From: a virus | Lineage: Duplodnaviria; Caudoviricetes | DNA: 64,000 bases | Reading direction: 5' to 3' (one strand) | IMG/VR virus record: IMGVR_UViG_3300045001_000016 | Location: 36,850 to 100,849 of that record | Part shown: piece by piece, positions 61,006 through 64,000 of the stretch | Layout of the letters: every line of letters starts with the position of its first letter | How positions within the stretch are numbered: the stretch's first letter is position 1 | Program-made: the position numbers and the translations under genes | The notes under the pieces: model-generated | The model's database searches: none | The model's input: the letters and a program-made list of their open reading frames with translations, nothing else | Told to the model about the DNA's origin: nothing

Positions 61006-61557
61006 ATGCATGAGACAGCCCGTGCCCGTAGTCGCTTTGCTATCGCCGCGCACCCCCGCTGCCGCTGCCGCCGTCCCCGTGCGCTTTGTGGCGTGCAGCG
61101 GCCCGGCATGGCCCGAGGGCGCTCCCCCTATCGGGGGTCGGCCCTGGCCAAACGGATCGTCCAGGGGGCGCTGCTCCTGCTCGTGCTGCTCGGGGCCAGC
61201 CTCTCGCCGGTCGACCCACCCTGGTCAGGCGGGGGGACGGCACCCGTGCGCACCGCGCAGGCCGATACGAGCCTGGCCATCCAGCACAGCCTGCTCGCAA
61301 TACACGACGCCGCCCTGCGCTACGGGATCTCGGAAGCCTGGCTGGACCGCATCGCCTGGTGCGAGAGTGGGACAGACCCTTTTGCGGTGGGCGACGGTGG
61401 ACTCGCGATAGGGATCTACCAATGGCACGAGCAGACCTGGGACTCCTGGGCGCTACCCATCGACATTGCAAAGGGAAGACAAAACTCCTGGGCTGCCGCT
61501 TATGAGACAGCGCGCGCTATCGCCGCAGGGCATGCCTCCTGGTGGACCTGCGCCTGA
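61006..61557 (+). CDS. Membrane-anchored lytic transglycosylase (SLT/Rpf-like); start uncertain
   Basis: TM segment then 'RIAWCESG.DP.AV....AIGIYQW...TW'. Confidence 0.75.
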   Translation: MHETARARSRFAIAAHPRCRCRRPRALCGVQRPGMARGRSPYRGSALAKRIVQGALLLLVLLGASLSPVDPPWSGGGTAPVRTAQADTSLAIQHSLLAIHDAALRYGISEAWLDRIAWCESGTDPFAVGDGGLAIGIYQWHEQTWDSWALPIDIAKGRQNSWAAAYETARAIAAGHASWWTCA

Positions 61558-61562
61558 CGACG

Positions 61563-61892
61563 ATGGTCTTCAATCAGTTAGCCGAGAGCGCGGAGCGGGG
61601 CGAGCTTGTCCTGGTCGAGGGCGGCCTGGCCCGCTTCTACGTGCGTCGGGACGGCATTGCCACGCTCAGCGAGATCCTGGTCCTGCCGCCATGCCAGGGC
61701 CAGGGGATCGGCACCGCTCTGCTTGAGACGGTGATGGCACAGGCACGGGCGCGCGGCGCGCACACCGTGCAGGCCCGCTGCCCTGCATCGCTACGAGCCA
61801 ACGACTGGTACCGTGCGCGCGGCTTTCGGCGCGTGGGAACATCCTGCACCCGGCGGGGGTCCGAGGTCATCCTGTGGCAGATCACCCTGTAG
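61563..61892 (+). CDS. GNAT acetyltransferase
   Basis: 'I.V.P..QGQGIG.ALL', 'AN.WY.ARGF'. Confidence 0.85.
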   Translation: MVFNQLAESAERGELVLVEGGLARFYVRRDGIATLSEILVLPPCQGQGIGTALLETVMAQARARGAHTVQARCPASLRANDWYRARGFRRVGTSCTRRGSEVILWQITL

Positions 61893-62575
61893 CCCTGGTC
61901 TACTGTGCGGGGGGCAACAAGCGCTACATGGCCATCGCGCGGCGCGCGGGCTGGCGCAGCGGGGCAGCCTCAAGCCACCACGTGAACGACGCGCATCGTC
62001 CCCTCTACTTCCTGGATGCACCCGTGCACGCGCCCCGGTGGGCACGCCACAGCGCGCTGGCCCGATGCGAACGCCCAGATGTCGTCGTCATACCCGACAT
62101 CCTCACGCCGGGCCAGGTGGGGCGCGCCCTTGAGCAGGCCGAGGAGGTGGCCCCCTATGCGCGCGCCCTCGTGTTCATCCCCAAGATGGACGGGATCATC
62201 GGTCGCCTGCCGCGCCAGGTCGGTGGAAAGGAGGTGATCCTGGGCTACAGCGTGCCCAGCCGCTACGGGTCCACGCCCCTGCCGGCCTTCTTCTTCCGTG
62301 GCTGGCCGGTACACCTGCTCGGGGGCACTCCCCTCCGTCAGCTCGCGCTGGCGTGCGCCGGGCTACAGGTGCGCTCGGCGGACGGCAATATGGCGCAGAA
62401 GATCGCGCGCTATGGGGCCGTCTTTTTGCCGACGGGATCGAACGCACCCTACGGGCGGGTCTACGCGCCCGTCGAGAGCGATCTGCCCTATGCGGCCTTC
62501 GCCTGCTCGCTGGAGAACATCGCGTCTCTCTGGCGCAGCGCCGGCTATCGCTTGCAGGCTGAGGATGACGAGTGA
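61874..62575 (+). CDS. DUF6610-like protein (possible TGT-like TIM barrel)
   Basis: 'VYCAGGNKR', 'FIPK', 'LGYSVPSRYG', 'PVHLLGG.P..Q', 'SADGN'; overlaps the GNAT stop codon. Confidence 0.6.
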   Translation: MADHPVALVYCAGGNKRYMAIARRAGWRSGAASSHHVNDAHRPLYFLDAPVHAPRWARHSALARCERPDVVVIPDILTPGQVGRALEQAEEVAPYARALVFIPKMDGIIGRLPRQVGGKEVILGYSVPSRYGSTPLPAFFFRGWPVHLLGGTPLRQLALACAGLQVRSADGNMAQKIARYGAVFLPTGSNAPYGRVYAPVESDLPYAAFACSLENIASLWRSAGYRLQAEDDE

Positions 62576-62589
62576 GGGTCCATGTGGCT

Positions 62590-62886
62590 CTATTTACTAC
62601 GGGCGCGCGTGCGGTAGCGCTTGGCCCGTCGGTCGTAGACTTGGGCGAGGGCCTCATAGAGGTCGCGCGTGTCGTAGCGGTCCTCTAGGTCCATCTGCTC
62701 TAAGACCGCTCGCGCCGCCACCAGGTCCGGCAACAGGCTGGAGACGACGCCGCGCACAAAGGTGTTGACGTCTTCGCCCAACTCGGCGGCGAAGGAGACC
62801 AAGTGATCGTGCTCCTCGGGCAAGAGGCGCAAAGTGACGCGCGCCCAGCGGCCCCGGTCGAGCGCTTTATCGGAGGAGGTCATCAT
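62590..62886 (-). CDS. Ribbon-helix-helix-like small DNA-binding protein
   Basis: 'RVTLRL.PEEH..L...A...G..VN.FVR'; divergent from tnpB. Confidence 0.55.
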   Translation of the reverse strand: MMTSSDKALDRGRWARVTLRLLPEEHDHLVSFAAELGEDVNTFVRGVVSSLLPDLVAARAVLEQMDLEDRYDTRDLYEALAQVYDRRAKRYRTRARSK

Positions 62887-63046
62887 ACTATGAGCCTTGT
62901 GTGTCCCATAGCCCCCAGCGCGCACGGTTGTCCTCGGTGCGCGCGGTCGAGCGGCGCGCCTGGCATCCGACTGTCTTGCCCCCAAGTTGGGCCGGACGCC
63001 AGGCGGACACTGCACAGGACGCAGTATACCGTATGCTGAGGGCGAG

Positions 63047-64000
63047 ATGAGACGCACGTTTAGTTACCGTTTGTACCCGACGTGCGCACAGAACGAGGCG
63101 CTACTGCGTACGTTGGACCTGTGTCGCGAATTGTACAATTCCGCGCTGGAGGAGCGGCGCACGGCGCATGCACATGGCGCACGTGTCGGCTTGTATAGCC
63201 AGCAGAGCCAATTACCCGCGATCAAAGACGCGCGCCCCGAATACCGGGAACTGGACGCGCAAATGCTACAGGAGGTCTTAACGCGCGTTGACCGCGCATT
63301 CCAGGGCTTCTTCCGGCGCGTACGCCAGGGACACAAGGGCGGATACCCGCGCTTTCGCTCGCGCGAGCGCTACGACTCGTTCACGTTTCGCCGCCAGGGA
63401 TGGAAGATATCCGGGAATCGACTGGACCTTCGCGGCATCGGGACGCTGAAGGTCCGGTGGAGTCGTCCCCTGGAGGGCACCGTCAAGACGGTCACGGTCC
63501 GTCGCGATGGTGATGAGTGGTATGTCTGCTTCTCCTGCGTCCTGGAGCGCTCCCGGCCTGCCACCCCCGATCGTCCACCACTAGGCGTCGACGTGGGCCT
63601 GGAGCACTTTGCCACGCTCTCGACGGGCGAGCATGTCGCCAACCCCCGCCATCTGCGGCATGGAGCCGCACTCCTAGCGCAACGTCAACAGGCTCTTGCG
63701 CGCAAGAAACGGGGTAGTCGGCGACGAACCAAGGCAAAGCGTCTGGTGCACAGGGCCTACCGCAAAGTGCGCAGGCAGCGCCTGGACTTTCACCACAAGA
63801 CCGCTAACTCCCTCGTCGCCCGTGCGGGTGGCCTTGCGGTGGAGCGTCTACGCATCGCCAACATGATGCACAACCACGCACTCGCTAAAAGTATTAGCGA
63901 TGTTGGCTGGGCCCAGTTTCTCGCGATGTTGGAGTGGAAAGCGGAGGATGCTGCCATTCCCTTTATCGTCGTCGACCCAGCGGGCACCAGTCAGACGTGT
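63047..64000 (+). CDS. tnpB: Second TnpB, truncated by the window edge
   Basis: Own translation MRRTFSYRLYPT...GVDVG...VERL...AKSISDVGWAQF...TSQTC; similar to the TnpB at 40898-42070. Confidence 0.93.
   Translation, partial: MRRTFSYRLYPTCAQNEALLRTLDLCRELYNSALEERRTAHAHGARVGLYSQQSQLPAIKDARPEYRELDAQMLQEVLTRVDRAFQGFFRRVRQGHKGGYPRFRSRERYDSFTFRRQGWKISGNRLDLRGIGTLKVRWSRPLEGTVKTVTVRRDGDEWYVCFSCVLERSRPATPDRPPLGVDVGLEHFATLSTGEHVANPRHLRHGAALLAQRQQALARKKRGSRRRTKAKRLVHRAYRKVRRQRLDFHHKTANSLVARAGGLAVERLRIANMMHNHALAKSISDVGWAQFLAMLEWKAEDAAIPFIVVDPAGTSQTC

Overview
The whole window is a high-GC tailed-phage (siphovirus-like) genome segment or prophage. The host is probably Chloroflexota (inferred, not established). 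No integrase, rRNA, canonical tRNA or CRISPR array was seen. The minus-strand arm (1-27.8 kb) carries morphogenesis genes: tail tube, neck and head-tail proteins, HK97-fold major capsid, prohead protease, portal, an ~8 kb block of accessory virion or fibre genes between portal and terminase, TerL/TerS, ParB-like, GH130-like and an N4/N6 DNA methyltransferase, with two HNH endonucleases inserted on the plus strand. After a ~1.8 kb gene-poor switch region, the plus-strand arm (29.6-64 kb) holds dozens of small early-type genes, about 20 of them preceded by a CACACAC+Shine-Dalgarno (SD) motif. It also has a Gp88-like protein, a MoxR AAA+/VWA pair, a VUT transporter with a TGT/DpdA-like gene, a GNAT with a DUF6610-like gene, XRE and SWIM proteins, a lytic transglycosylase and two tnpB genes. 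The most notable signal is three ~400-430 bp IS200/IS605 mini-elements that lack tnpA/tnpB and contain an omegaRNA-like structured RNA. All three sit antisense immediately before an in-frame ATG/GTG of a phage gene and bring their own SD and an open or coupling reading frame, so the insertions may rescue downstream translation. Family assignments come from motif recognition by eye; no searches or folding programs were run.
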